From contig CAVSGI010000017.1 in assembly GCA_963727445.1 (NCBI GenBank), positions 1 through 64,000 on the forward strand: 64,000 nucleotides of DNA. The letters are read 5' to 3'. The notes beneath the pieces are model-generated. The model searched no databases, was not told the origin of the DNA, and saw only the letters and a program-made list of their open reading frames with translations. Made by a program: the position numbers and the translations under genes. Shown here piece after piece: positions 37,076 to 47,729 of this stretch (its first letter is position 1; the number at the start of each line of letters is the position of its first letter). This DNA comes from an uncultured delta proteobacterium (lineage in GTDB: Bacteria > Myxococcota_A > Polyangia > Polyangiales > B10-G4).

Positions 37076-39019
37076 TCAACGCGCCGCGAGATAGGTCGCG
37101 GTTCGCGAGACCACCGCTGCGCACCAGAACCCGCGGAGCCCGTAGAGGCGCTCCTGCAGCGAGCCCTGGCCTGCGATTCGGGAACGCTCGTAGACCACGG
37201 CCGCCTCGTCCGGCAGGACGCCGAGGTGGCGAACGGCGAGACCGGCGGACTGGCGCGCGCGTTCGTCGGCGAGCTCGAGGGCGGTCATCAGGGCGAGGTC
37301 GTTCGCCACCTCGACCGCTTCGCCCCGCTCCATGCGGACCTGCAGCGAGTAGTCGCGCATGACCAGGAGCGACGCATCGACGAGGGCGCCGTCGGCGGCG
37401 GCCAGGGTGGAGAGCGCCTCGTGCACGCTCGCCGGATCGAGGTGCTCGAACGCATAGCCGATGCGCACGCTCGCCTCGCGGTAGTCGATGTCGGTCATCA
37501 CGAGGTAACGGCGCACGCTGCTCTCATCGATGTGCTGAGCGTCCGCGATGCCCTGCACCGCGATGGTGTCGTAATAGTCGAGGACGGCCTTGGCGGCGAT
37601 GGTGGTGCTCTCGGCGAGGTCCCGAAGGCGCGCCACGTCCAGGGGGATGCCTTCGGCAGCCTTGCTCGAGAGCGCGGCGCTGTCGCGGCCCGCGTCGAGG
37701 ACGAAGCGCGCCGCGCCGTACTGGAACGTGGCCTTGGCAAAGGCCGCGACCACCTCGTCGAATCGCTCCTCGGCCTCGGGGCCTTCGCCGGGGTCTTCGA
37801 GGAGGGCGACGCCGCGCTCGAGCTCGGCGCGCGCGAGGATGATGGCCGAGCGCGCTCGATGGGCGGCGTCGTAGGCGTCGAGGAGATAGAGCGCGTCGCC
37901 GACGGTGTTCACCGGCTGCGCGGCGAGCTCGGCCAGGTACGCCTGGTGCTCGCGCTCGACGGTGGCGGCCGCGGCAGCCTCCGCGAGGAGCGCCTCTCCG
38001 TCGGACCTCAGGCCGGCGTCGAAGACGCGAGCCGCCCCGTCGATGTCGTGGATCATGACGGCGGCGTCCCGCGCGTTCTTGTAGGCGGTGGCGACCAGAC
38101 CCTGGCGCAGGTGCTGATCGGCCTGGGTGATGAGCCGCCGCGCCTCCTCCATGTTCGGACGAAGCAGATCCCGATAGATGCGCGGCTGGCGCTGCCACGC
38201 CTCGGCGCCCTGGGCGACGAGCAACCCCCACTGGGCGATCTGCGACCGCATGCGGCGGTCGAGCGCGCGACTGATGACGATCTCCGAGGGACGAACCGCC
38301 TCGTTGCGCGGCGGGGTCACGCCCGTGAGATGGAAGAACGCGTCCTCGATGTCGGCGATCTCGACGGCGGTGATCCCGAGCTGGTCGGCGAGCTCCTGCA
38401 GATCGATCGCGCGTCCGTTGGCGAGGTCGGTGTCGAAGCGCGAGCCCCGCGGATAGCCGAAGACGCGGAAGCCGGCCGACGCGGCAGCCTGCATCTTGTA
38501 CGCGATGCCGCCGACGGGGCCGATGGTCCCGTCGGGGTTGATGGTGCCGGTCATGGTGACGTCACGGCGGACCGGGACGTGCTGCATGGCAGCGATGATG
38601 CCCGCGGTCATGAGCGCACCCGCCGACGGGCCGTCGATGAGCCCCTCGACACCGACCGTGACCTCGAAGTCGCGCAGCGGACGGCCGGTGAGCTTGGATG
38701 CGTGAACGGCGCCGACCCAGGTGGCGGCGCGCCACTGCTCGCCCGCCCCGCCCGAGACGCCTTCGAAGATGGCCACCCGAGGACGGCCGGTCGCGTTCGG
38801 CGCCACCGAGACCGTGACGGGCGAGGTCGTGCCCTCGGGGCCGTTCGGGCCGTTGCGGTACGCGACGGCGACGAGCTCGACGCTGTTGGCGGACGACGGT
38901 CCGGGTCGAGGTGCGACAGCGCCGTTCGCGGCGGCTCCACATCCGGCGAAGAAGAGGGCGAGGGCGAGGGCGAGAGGCGTGAGGTCGTGGCGGCAGCGAG
39001 GCATCGGGGAATCCTCCAT
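37076..39019 (-). CDS. S16 (Lon proteolytic domain) serine protease lipoprotein lacking ATPase domain
   Basis: IDGPSAG (Ser) and TGTINPDGTIGPVGGIAYK (Lys) dyad motifs; lipobox FAGC; long helical C-terminus. Confidence 0.9.
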   Translation of the reverse strand: MEDSPMPRCRHDLTPLALALALFFAGCGAAANGAVAPRPGPSSANSVELVAVAYRNGPNGPEGTTSPVTVSVAPNATGRPRVAIFEGVSGGAGEQWRAATWVGAVHASKLTGRPLRDFEVTVGVEGLIDGPSAGALMTAGIIAAMQHVPVRRDVTMTGTINPDGTIGPVGGIAYKMQAAASAGFRVFGYPRGSRFDTDLANGRAIDLQELADQLGITAVEIADIEDAFFHLTGVTPPRNEAVRPSEIVISRALDRRMRSQIAQWGLLVAQGAEAWQRQPRIYRDLLRPNMEEARRLITQADQHLRQGLVATAYKNARDAAVMIHDIDGAARVFDAGLRSDGEALLAEAAAAATVEREHQAYLAELAAQPVNTVGDALYLLDAYDAAHRARSAIILARAELERGVALLEDPGEGPEAEERFDEVVAAFAKATFQYGAARFVLDAGRDSAALSSKAAEGIPLDVARLRDLAESTTIAAKAVLDYYDTIAVQGIADAQHIDESSVRRYLVMTDIDYREASVRIGYAFEHLDPASVHEALSTLAAADGALVDASLLVMRDYSLQVRMERGEAVEVANDLALMTALELADERARQSAGLAVRHLGVLPDEAAVVYERSRIAGQGSLQERLYGLRGFWCAAVVSRTATYLAAR

Positions 39020-39174
39020 GAAGAGATGCCGCGCTTATCGGGCCGAAGGCCGGGCAGTTGCCTTCCGAATCCGCCCCCCGGCCGCTGGCGTCGTTAATCG
39101 TGTCTTAACGGGCCTCGCCGCCCCGTTTCGCCATGCTTTCCCCGGGCCGAGAGCCCATCGACCAAGGAGTACGA

Positions 39175-39556
39175 ATGAAGACGAAGAAGCTTTGGACCTC
39201 GCTGGCGCTCGCCGGGGCGCTCGCGAGCCCCATCCTGGCCGCGGCCGCATGCGGCGCCCACCAAGAGGCCCAGATCCCCATCGAGGACGCGCGCGCCGCG
39301 GCGGTCGAGCGCGTGCCCGGACAGATTGTGGAGGAGGAGCTCGAACGCGAAGACGGGCGGCTCATCTATTCGTTCCACGTGGAGACGAGCGACGGCCGCG
39401 GCGCCAAGGAGGTCAACGTCGACGCCAACGACGGCCGCATCGTCTCGGTGGAGACGGAGGATGACGACGACGCCGTCGACGAGGCCGAAGCCGACGAAGA
39501 TTCGCGAGACGGACGAGCACGAGGCCGACGAAGACGGCGAGATGGACGAGGGCTGA
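39175..39556 (+). CDS. PepSY-domain exported protein with acidic tail (frameshift near 39505)
   Basis: IPIEDARAAAVERVPGQIVEEELEREDGRLIYSF...EVNVDANDGRIV; AAGGAG RBS. Confidence 0.88.
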
Positions 39557-39563
39557 GGCAGCC

Positions 39564-40668
39564 TCAGGCGGGGGCGCGGCGCGCGGGAAGAAGAGGATCA
39601 CGCGCGCCCCGCCCTTCGGGCTCCGCTCGACGGAGCACGCACCGCCGTGGCGATGAACGACGCGCGACACGATCGCGAGGCCGAGGCCATGCCCCTCCTC
39701 ACCTTCGGTCGCCGCCGCCGCGCGCCCCCTCCGCAGCGGCGAGAAGATTCTGCGCGCGCTCCTCCTGACTCGATCCCCGGCCCCGAGTCGTCGATCACCG
39801 CGTCGACGCCGCCGTCCCGGATGTACACCGACGCCGCCACCTGGCCGCCGGCCGGCGTGTAGCGGACCGCATTGTCGATCACGTTGCGAAGCGCGGTGTC
39901 GATGGCGTTCGGGTCGCCACGAACCACCGCCGACGCATCGTCACCGGCCGCTGCCGGGACGAGCGCGATCCCGCGTTCTCGCGCCGGCTCGACGAAGCGC
40001 GCGAGGGCGAGGTCCATCCGCTCGCGCAGGTCGACGGACGCCTCCTCGCTCGACGGGCCCTCGGCCCGCGCGAGCTCGAGGAGGGACTCGACGAGCTGGC
40101 TCAGTCGCCGGAGGTCCACGAGCGACTCCTCGATGGTTCGCGTCAGCTCCTCGGCGCTTCGCGGCTTGCGGATGGCGACCTCGAGACGAGAGGTCACCAC
40201 GGCCAGCGGAGTCCGGAGCTCGTGAGAGGCGTCTGCTGCGTAGCGACCGAGGGCGCCGAAGCCTTCTTCGAGGCGGCCGAGGAGCGCGTTGACCTCGGTG
40301 GTGAGGTCGTGGAGCTCGTCCACCCGCTCCGGCAGGGGAAGCCGCCGCGACAGATCCGTGAGCGTCGTGTGGTGAACGGTGCCGATCACCTCGTGAAGGG
40401 GCCGGAGCGCACGGCGACTGAGCCCCAGCGCACCCGCCGTCGCGACGAGCATGGCGAGTGGGCCGGCGAGGAGCATGGCGACGAGCACCTGCTCGCTCGC
40501 CTCCTCGGTCAGCGGCTCCTCCGCTGTCTCCGTGACGTCGGGCTCCTCGGCCTCCTCGATTCGCAGAGCGACGAAGACCGCGCCCGCGAAGAGCACCAGC
40601 GTGATCAGCGTCGAGACCACCATCCAACCCGCCAACCGTGCGCGCAGCGAGCGGCGCTGGTCAGTCAT
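39564..40668 (-). CDS. Sensor histidine kinase (HAMP, HisKA, HATPase), 3' frameshifts, end approximate
   Basis: ADASHELRTPL, NVIDNAVRY, DDSGPGI; G2 box and GGARVILFFP in shifted frames. Confidence 0.9.
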
Positions 40669-41350
40669 CGCTCGGCGCCGCCTCCGCGACCAGTCGAAAG
40701 CCGAACCCGCGCACGGTCTCGATCGCGACGCCGCTCGACGACAGCTTGCGACGCAGGTGCGCCACGTGGACGTCCACCAGGTTGGTCTTCGGATCGAAGT
40801 CGTAGCCGAAGACGTCCGTCAGGATCTCCGCGCGCGTGAGGAGCTCGCCCCGCCTGCGCAGCATGTATTCGAGCAGAGAGTGCTCGCGCGGCGACAGATG
40901 CACGCGCTCTGCGTCGATCAACGCGGCCGTCTGGTCCGGCTCGAGACGCAGCTTCCCGAGGGTCAGCGGCGCCCAGCGGGGCGCGGCGGCGCGTCGCAGG
41001 AGCGCTCGCACGCGCGCGAGGAGCTCGGCGAAGACGAAGGGCTTGATCAGGTAGTCGTCTGCGCCCGCCTCGAGAGCGCTGATCCGCGCGGTGACGGCGT
41101 CACGCGCGGTGAGGACCAGGACGGGCTGGACCGAGCCGGAGGCGCGCAAGCCCCGGAGGACCTCCATCCCGTCTTCGTCCGGCAGCCCGAGGTCGAGGAC
41201 GACGGCGTCGGCGCGCCCCGCCTCGAGAACGGTACGCGCCTCCCCAGCGGTCTGAGCCGTGGTCACCTCGAACCCCTCCTCGCGAAAGCCGGTCGTGAGG
41301 GAGTCGAGAAGACGCGCCGTGTCTTCGACGATGACGAGCTCTGGCCTCAT
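40661..41350 (-). CDS. OmpR-family response regulator
   Basis: IVED, LDLGLP, LTARD, GADDYLIKPF, TNLVDVHVAHLRRKL, IETVRGFG. Confidence 0.95.
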   Translation of the reverse strand: MRPELVIVEDTARLLDSLTTGFREEGFEVTTAQTAGEARTVLEAGRADAVVLDLGLPDEDGMEVLRGLRASGSVQPVLVLTARDAVTARISALEAGADDYLIKPFVFAELLARVRALLRRAAAPRWAPLTLGKLRLEPDQTAALIDAERVHLSPREHSLLEYMLRRRGELLTRAEILTDVFGYDFDPKTNLVDVHVAHLRRKLSSSGVAIETVRGFGFRLVAEAAPSDD

Positions 41351-41394
41351 GGAAGCCGCTTAGACTCCACCGAGGCGGGAGCAACCCACCCCGA

Positions 41395-41410
41395 TGGCAC
41401 GGCGAATGCT
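41395..41410 (+). promoter_or_regulatory. Putative sigma54 promoter
   Basis: TGGCACGGCGAATGCT upstream of AAAGGAGG RBS and ATG 41438. Confidence 0.6.
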
Positions 41411-41437
41411 TTGTCTGTGGGCGAAAGGAGGCTTGCC

Positions 41438-41686
41438 ATGTCCATCGAAGAACACGAATCCATGGACCGTGACGAACCCTTCGAAGACCAGACGGACGAA
41501 GCCGACGTCGAGCTCCACCACGAATTGGCCGTGAACGCCCTGCGCGATCTGGCCAAAAGACACGACCGAGAGCGCGCCGAGCTTCTGCGAGAGCTGAAGG
41601 AGCTCGACCGGGATCTGGGTGTCGACGTCGACAAGGAGGACAAGCTCGAAGAGGCGTTCTGGAAGCGGGGATCGGAGCAGCCATAG
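41438..41686 (+). CDS. Small acidic helical protein (82 aa)
   Basis: Strong AAAGGAGG RBS; MSIEEHESMDRDEPFED...LEEAFWKRGSEQP, 3' end of ORF 40451-41686. Confidence 0.75.
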   Translation: MSIEEHESMDRDEPFEDQTDEADVELHHELAVNALRDLAKRHDRERAELLRELKELDRDLGVDVDKEDKLEEAFWKRGSEQP

Positions 41687-41828
41687 CTGCGGCCCTTCGC
41701 CACATGTGAGGCGATGCACCACAGGTGCGTCGGGCCTACGTATTCCGTCAAGAGCCGGTGCATCCGCGGTCAGAACGGGAAAAGGGGGATCGAAAGCGGG
41801 GCTCATCCGTATCTTCCATGTGGCCTCG

Positions 41829-42944
41829 ATGCCCCAAACACGCGCCCTCGCCTTCGCATTCGCGGCACTCTGCTCGCTGGCTCCCGGCCTCGCCCGAGCA
41901 GAGCCGATGCTCACCTCCTTCGACGAGGTCATCGCCTCCTCCACCGACGTGGTGATCGCCACCTTCCTGGGCCCCACCGACGGCGCCCCACCCTTCGAGG
42001 CGAGCGAGTACGAGCTCCGCGTCGAGCGTGCGCTCCGGGGGAGCCTGAGGGGCACGATTCGCGTGACGCCGGGCGACGGACACGCGAGCTTTGCGCGCGG
42101 CACGCGCCTCGTCGCCTTCCTCGACCATGGCCGCTTCCGCTTCGTGGGCACCGCGACCGAAGGGCACAGCCTCGAGGACGGCGCCGTGCATCTCGCGGGC
42201 TTCTACGACTTCAACGCCCACCTCGTCACGCCGGGGATGACCACCCTCGACGCGCTCGCCGAACGCCTCGCCGGGCGGGCTGCGACCCTGCGCTACGTGG
42301 GGCCCCTCCTCGCGCTCTCCGATGACGGACAGCGGCGCATCCAAACGCCGTGGACCGTGGAGGTGACCCTCAGGGACGGCCGCCCGCCGGTGGTGCGCGG
42401 CCTACCGGTGCGTGGATTCGCGGCGCCCACCGTGGGTCAGGGCGGCCTCTTCGGAGAGCTCTCCATCACCTACCGCGACCATTGGCCGCGGCCGCTTCGG
42501 GTCGAAGGTCGCGCCACCGGGCGACAGAACGGCGCGGTGCGCATGGAGTTCTGGGTGGTGGAGCCCGACCTCTTTCGCGTCGCCGATCTCCGGCGCTACA
42601 TGAGCGACCCGGACGTGGACTGGGTGCACTACGAGCTGCGCGCCGTGATGGACGACGGCGCGGTGTGGGCGGATGGGCCCGACGACTTCGACTACTCGGC
42701 CATCACATTCTTCGGCCACATCGGCTACCGGAGCCTCTCGAAGGACGTCTGGGAAAATCCGCACTTCACCGCGACCTTCGCGCCGCCGAGCCCCGGCGCC
42801 ACCCTCGACTCGCAGGGGACCGATCGGGTGTCGATCCAGGAGCTCCTGCGCGGCCCCGTCCGCTTCACCATCACCGCCGGACGAGGCCGCGGGCAGCGCG
42901 GCCGGATCGAGCTCGTCGACACCCACTTCCGCCACAACCCCTGA
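41829..42944 (+). CDS. Secreted hypothetical protein
   Basis: Signal peptide MPQTRALAFAFAALCSLAPGLARA; GC3 bias. Confidence 0.8.
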   Translation: MPQTRALAFAFAALCSLAPGLARAEPMLTSFDEVIASSTDVVIATFLGPTDGAPPFEASEYELRVERALRGSLRGTIRVTPGDGHASFARGTRLVAFLDHGRFRFVGTATEGHSLEDGAVHLAGFYDFNAHLVTPGMTTLDALAERLAGRAATLRYVGPLLALSDDGQRRIQTPWTVEVTLRDGRPPVVRGLPVRGFAAPTVGQGGLFGELSITYRDHWPRPLRVEGRATGRQNGAVRMEFWVVEPDLFRVADLRRYMSDPDVDWVHYELRAVMDDGAVWADGPDDFDYSAITFFGHIGYRSLSKDVWENPHFTATFAPPSPGATLDSQGTDRVSIQELLRGPVRFTITAGRGRGQRGRIELVDTHFRHNP

Positions 42945-42955
42945 AGTCGGCGCGG

Positions 42956-43450
42956 CTAGGCTCTCGCCGTCTGGCCTCGCCGTGAGGACCGCTTCTTCTC
43001 CGGGGCCTCCCGGTGCGGCTGGCCGATGGCCGCGAGGGTCTGGATGAGCTCGCGATCGATGCCGTTCTTCTTCGAGCCCGCGGTGTGACGCGCGATGTCG
43101 TTGAGAGAGACGAGCCCGACGGGGCGCCGTTCCTCGTCGAGGACCGGCACGCGACGCACCTGCTCGTTGCTCATCAGGCGCTCGACCGCGTCGATGGTGT
43201 CCTCGGGGCTGCAGGCGTGGACGTCGGTGGCCATCGCGCTGTCGACCGAGATGTGACCGAGGGGAGCCCCCTGGGTGTAGGCCGCCATGCAGATATCCCG
43301 GTCGGTGACGATACCGGCGAGGCTGCCGTCTTCGCCCAACACGGGAATGGCGCCGCAGTCGTGCTCCCACATGAGCTGAGCCGCTGTGTTGAGGGTGTCG
43401 CCGACCCGGCACGTCACGGGGGGTGCGCTCATGATCTTCTGAATGTTCAT
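42956..43450 (-). CDS. CBS-pair domain protein
   Basis: AAQLMWEHDCGAIPV..GIVTDRDIC, MSNEQVRRVPVLD..PVGLVSLNDI; GAGG RBS. Confidence 0.93.
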   Translation of the reverse strand: MNIQKIMSAPPVTCRVGDTLNTAAQLMWEHDCGAIPVLGEDGSLAGIVTDRDICMAAYTQGAPLGHISVDSAMATDVHACSPEDTIDAVERLMSNEQVRRVPVLDEERRPVGLVSLNDIARHTAGSKKNGIDRELIQTLAAIGQPHREAPEKKRSSRRGQTARA

Positions 43451-43603
43451 GCCTCTTCCTCTCGCTTTCGCTGGCTTTGGGGCTCGGCGGCGCCGGCCCC
43501 GAGCGCGTCGTAGATCCGGTGGTAGCCACGGTCGCCCACCTGACAACCCCGGATCGCGGACACGGCATTGCCGCCCACGAGGCGCGCGGGTATGTAACGC
43601 CCG

Positions 43604-46600
43604 GTGGGATTATTCGAGAAAGCCCGAGGCCTCATCGATGATCTCCGTCACCGGCGCAGACGCGTGTGGTCCACGGAGGTGGCTGCCCCCACGCGGACGC
43701 ACCTCGAGCTTCGCCACGTCCCCTCGCCCCTGCGGCAGCAGTACCACGCGGGCCTCGAGGACGCGGCCACGGCGATGGTCGGAGTTCATTGGGCGCGGGT
43801 GAACACCCTGCTCGGCCGGTGGGTGGTCGCGCACGACGCCGAGGTGACGGCGGAGGACCTCGAAGGCGTGATGGACGCGGTCGAAGACCTCCTCGGCCTC
43901 GGCCACGAGCCCTTCGACGAGGTGGAGCATCCGGCCGACGAGGAGCCCATCCGCCGCACGCGTTTCGAGCGCCGCGTGGATGCGGCCGCGATGGCGGGCG
44001 GCGTCGGCTTGCGCTTTTCGCGACTGAAACGCCTGCCCCTCGAGGTGGACATTGCCGCAGCGCTCACGGCGCTCGAGGGCGTGCCGCAGGCGCGCAAATG
44101 GGTCGTCGAGATCGTGGGCGAACCGATCGCGGATCTCGGCATGTCGGTCGGAGCGGCGGCGGCGAACACGCTCCTCAAGGGCCCGGCGGGGCCCCTGGTG
44201 GACGGGCTCCGGCGGAGCCTGCGACTTCGGGAGCTCACCGAGCGACGGGCGCTCTTCGCGGCGCTCGAGCCCGAGCTCTGCGCCCACCCCTCGCAACACG
44301 AGCCGCGCATCGAGGACCCCGGCGCGCGACCGGCGGAGATGCCGCTCGGACCCATCGAACGCTACGTCGACAAGGCCATCTTCGCCGCCGCCGGTGGCTT
44401 CGGGCTCGGCCTGGCGTCGACGGGGAGCGTCTCCAGCGCGACGGCCTCGCTCTTCGGCGGCATCCCGCGTCCCGCGCAGCTGGGGCGCGAGGCCTTCGCG
44501 GCGCAGCTCGGCCGCGAGCTGACGGCGCGTGGGCTGTTGGTGATGCGAACCGACGCGCTGCGCCGAGTGGACCGCATCGATGCGCTGGTGGTCACCGATG
44601 ATCTCGTCGTACGCGAAGAGGGGACGGGGCGACTGTCGGAGGAGCTCCTCTCCCTGCTCGGCACCGCGCGACGCGAAGGGCTGCGCACCGTCATCAGCAC
44701 CGACGACGATCGCGCGTCTGCGCGTCTCGGTACGGTGGAGGTCGAGCCGGGGGGACACGGGGCGCTCCTGGCGGTGAGGCGCCTTCAGCGCGAGGGGCAT
44801 GCGGTGCTCGTGGTGAGCGGAAGGTCGTGTCCGGCGCTCGCCGCGGCGGACGTGGGGGTGGGCCTGTCGTCGGGCGAAGGGCCCCCGGCGTGGGGAGCGG
44901 ACATCCTCGCGCGCGCCGGCTTCGGCGATGCGATGCTCCTGGTCCGCGCGGTGGCGATGGCGCGCGCCGCCTCCGAGCACAGCGTCCGCATCGCGGTCGC
45001 AGACGCCGCCATGTCTCTGGTGCTCAGCCTCACGGGGCTGGGACAGAAGAACGTCGCCAAGGTGATGACGGCGGCGCAGGCGGCTTCGCTGATGGCGATG
45101 GCCAACGCCGTTCGACTCGCGCGCGCCGCGGGCCGGGTGCCGGTGCCCCCGCCGCGCGACCGGACGCCGTGGCACGCCCTGCCGAGCGCGGAGGTGCTCG
45201 ACCTACTCGGATCGACGAAGGAAGGCCTGAGCACGACCGCGGTCGCGACGCGGACGCCCGTACGTGCTGCGAGTCGCGGGCAGAACGCGGCGACCTTCGG
45301 GCGGCTGCTGATCGACGAGATCGCCAATCCGCTGACGCCGATCCTGGCGGGGGGGCGGGGCTGTCGGCGCTGACGGGCGCGGTGGTGGACGCGTCTCTGA
45401 TCACCGGCGTGCTCGGCTTCAACGTGCTGATCGGTGCGTCTCAGCGGATGGCGACCGAGCGATCGCTGACGGCGCTGGACCGCGAGGAGCAGCGCGACGC
45501 GCGGGTGATGCGGGACGGCCAGCTGGCGGAGGTGGACTACGACGAGCTGGTGGTGGGCGACGTCTTGCGCCTTCACGCGGGCGAGGTGGTGCCCGCCGAC
45601 TGCCGGCTGCTGTCGGCGACGGGGCTCGAGGTCGACGAGTCGAGCCTGACGGGTGAATCGCAAGCCGTCGTGAAGTCGGCGGCGCGCTGCGAGGCGCGCG
45701 CGGTCGCCGAGCGCACCTCGATGATCTGGGCGGGCACCACCATCGCGGCCGGCACCGCGGTCGCGGTGGTGACGGCGATCGGCGCGGCGACCGAGAGCGA
45801 GCGCGCGGCGGCCACGGCGGGGGAGCCGCCTCCGAGCGGCGTGGAGCAGCGACTCGAGGCGCTGACCCAGCTCACGGCGCCCATCGCGGCGATGAGCGGG
45901 GTCGCGATCATGGGGGCCGGGCTCGCGCGCAAGCGGCCTGCGACGGATGTGATCGCGTCCGGGGTGAGCCTCGCGGTCGCGGCGGTTCCGGAGGGCCTTC
46001 CTCTGCTCGCGTCTCTCTCTCAGCTCGAAGCGGCCCGCCGCCTCGCGGATCTGGGTGCGATCGTGCGCAACCCACGGGCGATCGAAGCGCTGGGCCGGGT
46101 GAACGTCGTCTGCGCCGACAAGACCGGCACCCTGACCGAGGGGCGTATCGCGCTGGTGCGCGTGACGGACGGTGAGTCGGAGGGCGACGCCGGCGCTCCG
46201 TCGGAGTCGGAGCGGGCGATCCTCGCCGTGGCGCTTCGCGCGGGGCCCGAGATCCGCGCGGACAAGCCGCCGCCCCACGCCACGGACCGTGCGCTCGTGA
46301 GCGGCGCCCACGCGGCTGGCGTCGACGTCGCGCTCGGCGCGCCTGGATGGACGCGAAGCGCGGAGCTCCCCTTCGAGCCGGCGCGGGGGTTTCACGCGGT
46401 GGTGGGCCAAAGCGATGACGGCCGGCGACTCTGCGTCAAAGGCGCACCGGAGACCGTGCTCGATCGCTGCGTGTTCGTCCGCGGCGCCAAGCGCGACAAG
46501 AAGATGAAGCGCCGCGAGCGCGAGCGCCTGGGCGCGCACGCCCGCGGCCTCGGCGAGCGGGGCCTGAGGGTGCTCGCCGTCGCGGAGCGGACCGTGGACG

Positions 46601-47729
46601 ACGCCACGAATGGGAAGCTGGCCGATGGCGACGTCGATGCGCTCACCTTCGTCGGCTTCGTGGGCTTCGCCGATCCGGTCCGCTCCACGGCGCGGGACTG
46701 CGTGGAGCGCCTCCACGAGGCGGGCGTCCGCGTCGTCATGCTGACCGGCGACCATCCGTCCACCGCCCGCGCCATCGCCGAGCAGCTCGACGTGGGTCGC
46801 ACCCGCGGCGTTCTCACCGGCACCCAGCTCGAGGATTCTGAACGACGAAGAGCTCGCGGCCCGCCTCGACGACGTCTCGGTCTTCGCGCGGGTCACGCCG
46901 GTGCAGAAGGTGCGGATCGTGCGCGCGTTCCAGGCGCGGGGAGACGCGGTGGCGATGACGGGCGACGGGGCCAACGACGCGCCCGCGATCCGGCTGGCGG
47001 ACGTGGGGATCGCCTTCGGCGACCGTTCCACCGCAGCGGCCCGCCACGCTGCAGACATGGTGGTGGCCGACGAAGGGATCGAGATCATCGTGACGGCGCT
47101 CCTCGAGGGCCGCGCGCTGTGGAAGTCCGTTCGCGACGCGGTCGGGCTTCTGGTCGGCGGCAACCTCGGCGAGATCGGCTTCACGCTCATCGGCGGCCTC
47201 TTGTCGGGCAAGTCGCCGCTCAACGCGCGTCAGCTCCTCCTCGTCAACATCCTCACCGACACGGCGCCTGCCCTCGCGGTCGCCGCGCGCCCGTCGTCCA
47301 TTCACGATCCCCGCGCGCTGCTCTTGGAGGGCCCCGAGAGCTCACTCGGCGAACAGCTCGAGCGCGACATCGCCGTGCGCGCCGCCATCACCACGCTCTG
47401 CACCAGCGCGGCGTGGGGCGTCGGCCGCCTCACCGGTACCGAGTCGCGCGCGAACACCGTCGCTCTGCTCACCCTCATCGGGAGCCAGATGGCGCAGACC
47501 CTGGTGGTCGGCGGCCGCAGCAAGCCGGTCCTCGTCGCCAGCCTCGGATCGACCGCCGCGCTCGTGGCCATCGTCCAAACGCCGCTCTCTGAGCCACTTC
47601 TTCGGCTGCCGTCCTCTCGGCCCGCTGGGCCTGTTGGTCTCGGCGACCGGCGCCGCCGCCGCCGCCGGCGCGACTCTGGGCGTCGAGCGATTCCTGCGGC
47701 GGCCGCCGAAAGAGGAGGAGGTTCGATGA
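43604..47729 (+). CDS. Very large cation-translocating P-type ATPase, CtpI/CtpH-like architecture (three frameshifts, near 45355, 46840, 47590)
   Basis: VDESSLTGES, AVPEGLP, DKTGTLT, KGAPE, MLTGD, MTGDGANDAPA; ~500-aa N-terminal extension; stop overlaps next ATG (47726-47729). Confidence 0.9.

Noticed and set aside
39175..41350. PepSY plus two-component pair as a novel system
   Set aside because: Common, well-known gene arrangement; nothing unusual beyond probable sequencing frameshifts
44785..47223. 812-aa antisense ORF (also 48760-51060, 37226-39097, 47342-49099 and similar)
   Set aside because: Shadow ORFs typical of high-GC DNA, overlapping well-supported genes and lacking motifs
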